Positions 13,238-23,475 of a stretch of 64,000 nt of DNA are shown here, piece after piece. Source of the DNA: Octopus vulgaris (Eukaryota); the NCBI GenBank assembly GCA_951406725.2, contig OX597817.1:145638001-145702000 (forward strand). Reading direction: 5' to 3'. Every line of letters begins with the position of its first letter. The first letter of the stretch is position 1. The notes beneath the pieces were generated by a model that saw only the letters and a list, made by a program, of their open reading frames with translations, did no database searches and had not been told where the DNA came from. The position numbers and the translations under genes were made by a program.

Positions 13238-13634
13238 CTGGAAAAGAGAGGAGTAATGAGATAAATTATAGGGATTGACTTTTGGGATTTGTAAATTAAT
13301 AGTTGATTAGCAAATACTGTTACATGTTTTAAAATCCTTTTCTATAAAAACAGTATTGCACTTTACATCTTCCAGCACCACACCCTGTATGGCTGCTAGA
13401 TACATTCGTTTGTAAAGTGAGTGGCATTAGGAAGGGGATCCAACTGTAGAAACTATGTCAAAATAGATAATGGAGCTTGGTCGTGTGTTTTGACTTGGTT
13501 TCTATGGTTGGATGCTCTGCCTAATGTCAACCACTTTACAGTATGTACTGGGTGCTTTTTACATGGCACCAGCACCAACAAGGTCATAGAGTAACTTGCA
13601 AGATAAAAAAAAAATAGGAAGGGAGTTATATAGT

Positions 13635-14160
13635 TATGGAAGAGGAAGACCTGGGATGAGGTGATGAAGCACGACCTTCAAACATTGGACATCACAGAGG
13701 CAATGATAAGTGACAGACCTTTGGAGATATGCTGTGCTTGTGAAGACCCGGCAAGCCAAGTGAGATCGTAGCCATGGTCGGTGCCAGTGTCACATAACCA
13801 GCCCATTTAAAAGTACCCCTCAATCATTGGAATATGCTGTGCTTGAGAAGACTTGGCAAGTCAAGTGAGATCGTAGCCATGGCCGATGCCAGTGTCGCAT
13901 AATCAGCCCATTTAAAAGTACCCTTCAATCGTTGGAATATGCTGTGCTCGAGAAGACCTGTTGAGTCAAGTGAAATTATGGCCGAAGCCAGTAGCACATA
14001 AAAAGCACCCACTACATTCTTGGAGTGGTTGGCGTTAGGAAGGGCATCCAACTGTAGAAACCTCACCAGATCAGATTGGAACCTGGCTTGCCAGACCTCA
14101 GTCAAACCGTCCAACCCATGCCAGCATGGAAAGCAGATGTTAAACGATGGTGATGATGAT
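13635..14160 (+). mobile_element. RTE-like LINE 3' end joined to the (GAT)n-tailed repeat, with an internal ~105 bp duplication
   Basis: Decayed RKTWDEVMKHDLQTLDITEAM, typical of the RTE ORF C-terminus, runs directly into the common repeat; gatatgctgtgcttg-gaagacc recurs near 13727, 13831 and 13936. Confidence 0.65.
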
Positions 14161-14398
14161 ATAGCTGAAATTTATAGTAAGACAAAGACAGGTGTATGAA
14201 CAACAAGCAAGTGTATTAGTTTGACGCTCAGGAAATATATATATACACATACATACACACACATGTACAGGTGTGGCAATATGATAAGACGTTTGCTTCC
14301 CAACTGCATATATATGGCAGGTTTCTTTGTTTTTGTTTACCAAATCTACTCACAAGCCTTTGGCTAGCCTAGGGTAGAAGACACTTGCTGAAGGTGCT

Positions 14399-14750
14399 TG
14401 CTTGTTTGTTGAGCGAAGCGGTCTTTGTCCCAGAGTGTAGTGGGAGAAGTCCGAAACATGGTCCTTTGCTATTCGTAAGACCCGCAGAAGAGAAAGCAGG
14501 TCAACCCCTGACACCGAGAGCATCGACGGATGGATGAGTGCGCATCCAGGCTCAGCGGTTGCGTAGGAAGTCGGGGACAAGAAAGTTGGAGTGAAAGAGT
14601 ACAACAGGGGTCGCCACTACCTCCTGCCAGAGCCTCGTGGAGCTTTAGGTGTTTTCGCTTAATAAACACACACAATGCCCGGTCTGGGAATCGAAACCGC
14701 GATCCTCCGACTGCGAGTCCGCTGCTCTAACCACTGGGCCATTGCGCCTC
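14399..14750 (-). mobile_element. Young tRNA-derived SINE nested in an older SINE
   Basis: Head GAGGCGCAATGGCCCAGTGGTTAGAGC...GGTTTCGATTCC (Pol III A and B boxes), CpG-rich body, CAAA-type tail, 17-bp duplication cacttgctgaaggtgct at 14382-14398 and 14751-14767. Confidence 0.9.
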
Positions 14751-14879
14751 CACTTGCTGAAGGTGCTGTGTAGTAGGACTGAACCCAAGACCAGATAGTT
14801 AAGAAGCTTGCTTAAACTAATAAAATATCAGAATGGTATGTTTTACCATTGTTTCAATGCAAAACAAAATAGTTCTTAC

Positions 14880-15060
14880 CAAGTGCTTGGTGATGCCTTG
14901 CTTCCTTACAGTCAATGAGTTGGTTTTGATGTAGATTCAGAATAGAATTAGCAATTATACGTGCATTGTTTCTCATGTAGCCACCACTTGTTAACATAAT
15001 TATAGGAATGTTACGTGATCTCACAGCTTCAAATACAATGTAATCTCGTTTAATTACTCC
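14880..15060 (-). CDS. HDAC11: HDAC11 exon 9
   Basis: CAG acceptor, gtaaga donor. GVIKRDYIVFEAVRSRNIPIIMLTSGGYMRNNARIIANSILNL..., containing the SGGY catalytic tyrosine motif. Confidence 0.95.
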
Positions 15061-15493
15061 CTGAATAAATAGACCAAGGGAAAATCTCAAAACTAACACA
15101 AATTTGGTTAACATTCAATTTAACATAATAATTTAATTATAACAGATAATGGACAATTATTAAGGTCAAGTTATTATTTTATTATAATTAAGAGAAAGTT
15201 CATAAGGTTAATGGTTTTATCTTTTACTTGTTTCTGTGGCCATGCTGGGGCACCACCTTGAAGAATTTTTAGTCGAATGGATCAGCACAAGTACTTTTTT
15301 TTTAAAGCTTGGTACTTATTCCATCACTCTCTATTGCTGAACTGCTAAGTTACAGGGATGTAAATATATTAACACTGGTTAATATATATACACATATATA
15401 CATACATATATATATGTCTATATATCTACCCTCTTTGTACTGTTGGCAAATGAAATAAGTATAAGAATGTCCGTTTAATTGAAAAATTCTATA

Positions 15494-15581
15494 TGTGGCT
15501 GAAGATTGCTCTACATTTTAAAACTGATGTAATACTTACAGTGTTTAATAAAATGAAGAAGCATGAAACATTTGTACTACA
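15494..15581 (+). ncRNA. Type I hammerhead ribozyme motif in a ~200 bp element within (TA)n
   Basis: tgtgg-CTGAAGA-t-tgct...agca-t-GAAAC-attt-GTA-ctaca: both core boxes, 5-bp stem I, extended stem II, short stem III. First pair of stem II is a U-U mismatch. Confidence 0.7.
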
Positions 15582-15613
15582 CTACCTTTGAAATCCTTGT
15601 TGCTTATTTTGAT

Positions 15614-15663
<50 letters not shown>

Positions 15664-16054
15664 ACAGGCTTCATTCAGTTTCTGTCTACCGAATCACCTT
15701 ACAAAGTTTAGATTGGCCCGAGGCTATAGTAGAATACACTTGCCCAAAGTGCCACACAGTGGGACTGAACCCAGAACCATGTGGTAGGAAAGTAATCTTT
15801 TTACCACACTATAACAAATTACTGAAAAATTTTAAAGTAATAGCAAAAAACTCCGAGTGAAATTTGAGTTTGAAAATATGATGTTTATCATGAAAACGTG
15901 ACATAAATAATAATATTTATTTACAGACAAAATTTTTGAAGGTCAGTGTCAGCAGTTGTAGTAGTGGTCGTTTAAGCAGCTGAATAATTTCATTTTGGTA
16001 ACAGAATTTAGGAAACTTGGGACACTTCAACATCTAGAATGTTAAAACTGCTCA

Positions 16055-16413
16055 CAGGAGTGGCTGTGTGGTAAGAAGCTTGTTTCCCAACCACATGGTT
16101 CTGGGTTCAATTTCACTGCATGGCACCTCGGGCTAGTGTCTTCTACTATAGCCTTGTGAGTGGATTTGGTAGATGGAAACTAAAAGAAGCCTGTCGTATA
16201 TGTGTGTGTGTGTCTGTGTTTGTCCCCTAACCATCGCTTGACAACTGATGTTGTGTTTACGTCCCCGTAACTTAGTAGTTTGGTAAAAAAGACTGACAGA
16301 ATAAGTATACTAGGCTTACAAAGAATAAGTCCTGGGGATGATTTGTCTGACTAAAGGTGGTGCTCCAGCATGGCCGCAGTCAAATGACTGAAACAAGTAA
16401 AAGAGTAAAAGAA
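16055..16413 (+). mobile_element. tRNA-derived SINE, family A (near full length)
   Basis: Head gtggctgtgtggtaagaagc...gggttcaa, central (TG)n, tail gactgaaacaagtaaaagagtaaaag. Other copies at about 15220-15810, 24785-25335, 28630-28990, 29665-30045, 34205-34770, 40850-41210, 46320-46650, 48405-48760 and 59690-60058. Confidence 0.85.
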
Positions 16414-16671
16414 TACTCAGCAAAAATGAACAGAGTGTTTCTGTGATAGAAAACCAGTGACAATTTAACACTAAGCAAACAAAATACTGGTTTCAAATTT
16501 TGGCACAAGGCCAGCAATTTCAAGGAGGGGGGAGTACATCAATTACATCAACCTCAGTGCTCAGCTGATACTATTTTATTAACCCCAAAAGGATGGAATG
16601 TTGCTAAGCAATTTTCCTAGTGTGCCCGAACAAAGCAGAAAGTAGATAAGTTATAATATTGTCTTACATAC

Positions 16672-16780
16672 CGCTGGAGAGATGGCAAGATTTCCGAGAG
16701 GATCTCCATCTAAAATGTCAGTCCCCGCATTATAAATAACAACATCTGCAGCAAACTCATTTAAGGCTCCATGGACATTT
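16672..16780 (-). CDS. HDAC11: HDAC11 exon 8
   Basis: TAG acceptor, gtatgt donor. NVHGALNEFAADVVIYNAGTDILDGDPLGNLAISPA, containing the Zn-ligand Asp of NAGTD. Phases 2 and 0 fit the neighbours. Confidence 0.96.
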
Positions 16781-16843
16781 CTAAATCAACAACAGATAAA
16801 ACAAAGATTGATATTAAGCTGTTTGAAAATTAACATATTTATT

Positions 16844-17476
16844 TAATAATAATAATAATGAAATTATTGTATAGTGCTCAGGTGCACCACAACTTGTCAA
16901 AAAGTGCGTATAAAGTATATGCAGTAATGTACAAATGTCTGGAAAGTGAACAGTGTATGAGTCAGTTACATGCTTGTGTGTGTATGGAGGGGAGAAAATT
17001 AGGTGTAGTGTTGGCGAATCTCAGGAAGCATGGAAGTTTTGAAGGATGCAGTGCTCCAACAACTAACAACTGATGCCGGCAGTTTGTTCCATGCTTCAGC
17101 AACTCTTAGCATGAAAAAATGTTTCCGAAAGTCTTGGGAGCTGTGCTGTTTTCTGACTTTGTAAACATGTCCACGGGTGTTAGACAGGTGGAGTTTGAAA
17201 AGGTGCTCAGAGTTATTGTTTGTAAGATGGTTAATAATTTTTTGGGTGTCTGCCAAGTCAGCTGCCAGACGTTGGAGTGTCAATGTGTCCTTGCAGACGA
17301 TTAATATCCTGGGCAAGATAGGGGTTCCAGACCGGTGATGCAAATTCCAGGTGAGGTCGTACCATAGCTATATAAAGCCTCAGATAGATAGCCGGAGTGC
17401 GGCTCACAAAGGACTTGGTGAGTGATGCTAAGACACCCTCAGCCCTCTTGGCAATTTTAGCGATGTGTTTTGTCAC
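16844..17476 (-). mobile_element. 5'-truncated CR1-clade LINE (post-RT C-terminus and 3' UTR)
   Basis: LYIAMVRPHLEFASPVWNPY, TRGHVYKV and FFMLRVAEAWNKLPASVV in two frames; (TTA)n tail. A second short 3' copy lies at about 20285-20487. Confidence 0.88.
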
Positions 17477-19668
17477 ATACTGATGTAAAATCTATACCTC
17501 TATTTATGAGTAAATAAGTGTTTAATCAGATTTACTATAATTGCTATCTAAAATACAGTGAAAAAAAAATATCCTAAACAAAAAGCAAATATAACAGGGG
17601 CCAGAGCAGGCTGGCAAACAGCCACGATCGTTTGGTGCTTTTACGTGTCACCAACACAGTTGCCAGTCAGGCGGTGCTGGCATCTTCCACGTTCGGACGG
17701 TGCTTTTTATGTGGCACCCAGTGCTTTTATATAAAATACCAAAATACAGGAATACACACACACAATGGCTGATTTTCCTTGTCACACTTTAGACAAGAGC
17801 CTTATATGTGCACAATAAATGCACATACAAGATTTTTGGCAGGTAATGAGTAAAGGAACACTATAGAAAGAAGGGATCATAAAGAAGGAGAAAAAGTAAA
17901 TGACACAGAAGTTATGGGAGGAGTTGAACACATGAGGAATTTGTTTCATTTAATTGTAAATTTAAGAGAACAAATATTTTTCTTCGGGAAATTAGTATTC
18001 ATTTCTTCATTCTGTACAAACACCAAGAAGTTTGATAAAATTAATTACTGTCTGTATACTATATTTCCTGATATGACCGGGGGGGGGGGGGGGAGTGTAC
18101 TTCCAAAGTTACCCTTCATATGATGGGTAACACTAGTATATAGAGAGTTACCAACATAATACTGATTGCAAATTTTAGCACAAGGCCAGCAATTTCTGGG
18201 GAGGGGGTTAGTGGATTACACCCCACCCCCAGTGCTCAACTGGTACTTATTTTATTGAGCCTGAGAAGATGAAAGGCAAAGTTGACCTAAGTGGAATTTG
18301 AACTTAGAACATAAAGACAAAATGCTAAGCATTTCGTCTGATGTGATAACAATTCTGCCAGCTCACCGCCTTAAGTTACCAACATAATATTACTACTGGA
18401 AAAGTGCCTCTCTCTCTCTCTCTCTTGCATATATATATCACCATCATCACCATCATTGTTTAATGTCTGCCTTCCATGCTATCATGGGTGGAACAGTTTC
18501 ACAAGAGCTGGCCAGGCCGAAGCCTGAACCAGACTTCTGTGACTGTTTCGGCAGGATTTTTACACCTGGATGCTCTTCCTAACACAAGCCACTCAGCAGA
18601 GTGGACTTAGTGCTTTTTTCGTGGCACAAGCACAGGTGAGGTGAGTAGTGCTTTTTATGTGGCACAAGCTATATATGTGTGTATAGAAGCTAAGTAGTAG
18701 TATGGTTGTCTTTGCATACAGGCATGTCCTCTACATCCCTCTCCAGCTGAGCATTCATAATCTTGCAGGCTCATGGGAGCTGGCGCCACATAAAAAGCAC
18801 CCATACTGATGCCACATAAATGTACCCATACCAGTGCTGCATAAAAGCACCCGGTACATTCTGTAAAGTGGTTGGCATTAGGAAGGGCATCCAGCTGTAG
18901 AAATCATGCCAAAATAATTCATGGAGCTTGGGCAAACCGTCCAACCCATGCCAGCATGGAAGACGGATGTTAAATGATGATGATTTCATATATTTCTACC
19001 AGCCCTTTTTCTCACTATCAAGAGCTTGTATGAAATTCTGCTCTTTCTCTTAGGATCTAAGACAACTCTCTCTCTGTTTCATCAGTATCATCATCATCCT
19101 TATTAAGGCAGGAGCTGGCAGAATTGTTAGCATATCAGACAAAATGCTTAGTAGCATTTCATCCATCTTTACATTAGGAGTTCAAATTCTGCCATGGTTG
19201 ACTTTGCCTTTCATCCTTTTGGGGTTGATAAAATAAGTACCAGTTGAGGACTGGGGTTGATAAATTCAACTGGTCCCCTCTCCCATCTCCACATTTCAGG
19301 CCTTGTGCCTATAGTAGAAAAGATCATCACTATTGCTATTATCATTCCCCTACTGCTCTATTCCTTGTTGTCATCTGTCTGCTGCTGCCATCAGATGAGA
19401 TACATTGAGAGACAGATTTCTATGGGCAGACACTCTTCCTGACATCAACACCAACCCTCACCAGCTTCTGGACAAGGTAATAAATAATCTCCCTAGAGCT
19501 TCAAATACAAACAGCACACAAGCCAGGCATGATTTCTGGGAAGACTGCAAAATAATAACACTGATGTTGTATGATGATGATATTTGTTTACAAGTGTGAT
19601 GTCAAGATAAAGACACACACACACACACAGATATTAACAGAGAAATAAAACTACAAAACTTTACTCAC

Positions 19669-19738
19669 ACTGAAACAGAATTAAGATATTCTTCATCGGC
19701 CGTGAAAGGTTCAAGTTCTACTTTTCTCTTGATGGCTT
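19669..19738 (-). CDS. HDAC11: HDAC11 exon 7
   Basis: CAG acceptor, gtgagt donor, 70 nt. (K)AIKRKVELEPFTADEEYLNSVS(V). Confidence 0.94.
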
Positions 19739-20682
19739 CTGGAAATATATAAATAAGGATAAGAAATTTAATCAGATACAAAAGCACTTCATCACTGAGC
19801 TAATTACACAGTCATATCTTTTCTTTTATCTTTCAATTGTTGCAGTCACTGGATAGCGGCCATGCTGGAGCATCGCCTTGAAGGGTTTAGCTGAACATAT
19901 TGACTCCAGTACTTATTTTCTGAGTCTGATGCTTGTTTTATCGGTCCCTTATACTGAGTCACTAAGTCACAGGGACATAGTGAAACCAAACCCAGTTGTC
20001 AAGCAGTGGAGTGGGGACACAAAAGACACACACATACGATGGGCTTCCATACACACACAAATGCTGGTGGTACGTAAAAGCATCCATTACACTCTCGGAG
20101 TGGTTGACATTAGGAAGGGCATCCAGTCATAAAAACCATGCCAAAACAGGCTGGAGCCTAGTGCAGCTTTCCAGCTTGCCAATCCTGGTCAAATCATTTG
20201 ACCCATACCAGCATGGACAACGAATGTTAAATGACAATGATAATGATAAATCTACCAACAAAGCTTTTGTTGGCCTGAGACTATAATAATAATAATGATG
20301 ATAATGAAATTATTGTGTATATTGCTCAGGTGCACTATAACTCATCAAAGGCGCATGTACAGTACATAGAATTGTATACAAATGTCAGGAAAGCGAACAG
20401 TGTATGAGTCAGGATATACATGTATGCATGCATATGGAGCAGGGGATATCAGGTGTAGCATTGGCGAATTTCAGGAAGCATGAAGGTGACATTTGCCCAG
20501 GTGTTGAACAGTGGGACTGAACCTGAAACTACATGGTTGAAAAGTGAGCTTCTTAACCATGCAGCTAGGCTTGCATCCTACTCAACTTTATCACATGAAA
20601 TAGACTTTGTAAACGCCAAACATAATAAGGTTTAATAAAAGTAACTCAACATCGAATTATGGTTTTTGCAAAATGTGCTCAC

Positions 20683-20785
20683 TTTTAGCATAGCCATCAA
20701 ATGGATAGATCTTTCTGTTGTAAATATCCAAGATATAGACATCATTGTCATCAGCTTCAAGTACATCTCTCTGGTATCCATTGCC
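20683..20785 (-). CDS. HDAC11: HDAC11 exon 6
   Basis: CAG acceptor, gtgagc donor, 103 nt. GNGYQRDVLEADDNDVYILDIYNRKIYPFDGYAK. Confidence 0.95.
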
Positions 20786-20925
20786 CTGGAAAATAGGAAT
20801 AACATTTTAAGGAGAGGTTTTGATGGCAAGAAAATATATGTCTGTGTGCATGTGCATGCGTGAGAGAGAGAGAGAGAAATCCATTGAGAGTGGGAAAAAG
20901 GGGAGAAAGAAGAAGTCATTTTTAC

Positions 20926-21105
20926 CTGATGAGCATCAAGGTCTACAATTAATATTTTTCTAATCTTATGTCTGTCTCTCATGAATTTCATTGTAAGTGT
21001 AATATCAGCGTAAGCACAAAATCCACCCCCTTTCTTGGCTGAACAGTGATGAAATCCACCTCCGAGATTTATTGACCAGCCACGCTTAAGAGCAAGTTCA
21101 CCAGC
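20926..21105 (-). CDS. HDAC11: HDAC11 exon 5 (catalytic His dyad and Zn ligands)
   Basis: AGELALKRGWSINLGGGFHHCSAKKGGGFCAYADITLTMKFMRDRHKIRKILIVDLDAHQ; CAG and GT boundaries, 180 nt. Confidence 0.97.
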
Positions 21106-22265
21106 CTGCAACAAGAGAACAGATTCATTAGAAATTAAGACAATGATACATGTTAAAAGGAAAATGATAAAAAAAAATTTCTCACAGTGGTACAAGGCTA
21201 GACATTTGTAAGAGAGGGGAAGAGTCTATTAAATTGACGACATCACAAAATACAAAGTTTATTGATTGTCGAGAAATAGAAGACAACTTTGGTAGGATCT
21301 GAACTCAGAATGTGGAGCACAGAATTATTCTGCCACCACATGTAGTGATATTAATTTCAGATTTTGGCACAAAGTCAGCAATTTGGGGGGGAGGGGTAAG
21401 TCGATTATATCAACCCCAGGGCTCAACTGGTGATTATTTTATCAACCTCAAATGGACGAAAGGCAAAATTGATCCCAGTGGTATTTGAACTCAGAACATG
21501 AAGTGAGAAGAAATGCCACTAAGCATTTTGTCCAGTATGTTAATGATCTGCCAACCCATTGCCTCAGGAATGATATTAATACATTAGTTATTAAAGTAAT
21601 GGAAAACAGAAGGGTTTGTAATTGATACTCTTGCCAAGATCATATGCAAGAAATTATCAAAAAAACGTAATGACCCAAATGGGAAATCATATAAAGAGAA
21701 TTAGACAACACTGTATTGGTTAGACTGAACAACTTGTCACAGTTAGAATATACATATATCTACAACCATGCAAATTATTTATATCTATTGGGATGTGTGT
21801 GTGTGTATGTGATTTATTTAGTGATCCAGTGGTTTGTTACTCTGGAGATTCCACAGCATGCCACCACTTCTTCAAGTCAAAGTGAGCCATGTGTGTGTGT
21901 GTGTGTACATAAACACTACTAAATCATCAAGAAACATCAAAAACAAACATTTCTTAAAATGCTGTCATTGAAAACAACCAATTTACGGTTTTCAATGAAG
22001 GAGACTCTACATGATCATTTGATCTGTTAGAAATAGCAGCCAAATCTCCCTCAAACTACATGTTAGCATCCTGTTAAGAGACGGACACATTAGATAATGT
22101 AGTCCTAGATACTCAATGCCTGAGAGAAATATGGGACTGTCATCAGTAGAATCATAGGTCTGCTTGATCACTACCGACCTGGTACTAAGAAACAGCTCAA
22201 ATAAGTAAAATATAAGAAAACCACAAAAAAATTATTACAAAAGACTGAAAAGGTCTTTTCTGTAA

Positions 22266-22564
22266 CCCTTTAGCATTTAAACTGACCATGTCTGACCTAA
22301 ATATTCCACCTGTTTTATGTTCAGACCAGTCAGATCTAACCTCTCATACCATCATCTTCATTGTTCGACAGTGGTCGAGACAATGGAATTTACTATGTTA
22401 CGCCAGACTTCACGGTCCATCATAGCATTACGGAGGTCCTGTTGCTAAAAATATACAATCAGATCATTGAAATCTCAAAGATGTGAGATATAGCATGATT
22501 ATTTCAAACACAAAGTGAAAAAATAACCATTACAAATTGATAGAATAACCTAAATGCTAAAGGG
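22266..22564. mobile_element. piggyBac-type MITE
   Basis: Perfect 14-bp inverted termini ccctttagcattta and taaatgctaaaggg; flanks GTAA and TTAA. Confidence 0.75.
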
Positions 22565-23358
22565 TTAACATATTGATCTCCTGTGGTTTTAACAATGTGT
22601 TTGTATGTGAAGACATTGGGAAAATGTGCAGAGGATGCAGGCAGAAACTATTATAAGTCGTGTTAGAATTTGAAATATTTTAGCATAATCATCACTCAGA
22701 ATCTGCTTTCTATACTGGCATAGGTTGGACAGTTTGGCAGGATCTGGCAAGCCACAGGGCTGTGAAAAGCCCCAATGTCAACTTTGGCACAATTTCTATG
22801 ACTAGATGCCCTTTCTACTGCCAAACACTCCACAGCATGTACTAGGTGCTCCTTTTGTGCCATTGGCAGAAACGTTAGCATGCCGGGTGAAATGCTTAGC
22901 GGCATTTCGTCTGCCGCTACATTCTGAGTTCAAATTCCGCCGAGGTCGACTTTGCCCTTCATCCTTTCGGGGTCGATTAAATAAGTACCAGTTATGCAGA
23001 TATAATCAACTTAATCCATTTGTCTGTCCTCTCTGTGTTTAGCCCCTTGTGGGTAGTAAAGAAATAGGTCACCAGGTAACTTACAAAGATAAAAAAAAAG
23101 AACAGGAAGAAAGCTCCCTTGGTTACATGAGGAAGGTGACTTTATGTCAGGTAACATTACAACCAAAATTTTAATAACATTAACATTTTACTACACATAC
23201 ACTAACATTGTTTGTGACAGATTGAACCAAGAAATGAAACAAACCTTTTTCAGAAAGTGCAGTATTGTTTGAGAGACTAGTTTAATTTAATTAAAAAATT
23301 ACTTTCAGACCAGCTGATTTCAACATGGAAAGACCACAAAACAAGATTAACAGCTTAC

Positions 23359-23475
23359 CAGAATAGTGCCACCTGTCTGATACCTAAATGGCTGAAGAAC
23401 ATAGCGCTGTACTAAGAAGTTTGGCATAATGGCCACAGGTGGAATTTCAACAATTCTTGCAACATTTAATCCAGT
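23359..23475 (-). CDS. HDAC11: HDAC11 exon 4
   Basis: CAG acceptor, gtaagc donor, 117 nt. TGLNVARIVEIPPVAIMPNFLVQRYVLQPFRYQTGGTIL. Confidence 0.97.

Noticed and set aside
14680-14750. Genuine tRNA gene
   Set aside because: The tRNA-like head runs into a SINE body and tail with a target duplication; no complete acceptor stem or terminator.
20632-21195. Single 187-aa ORF
   Set aside because: Only 20926-21105 is coding in this frame; the rest is intron or out-of-frame exon 6.
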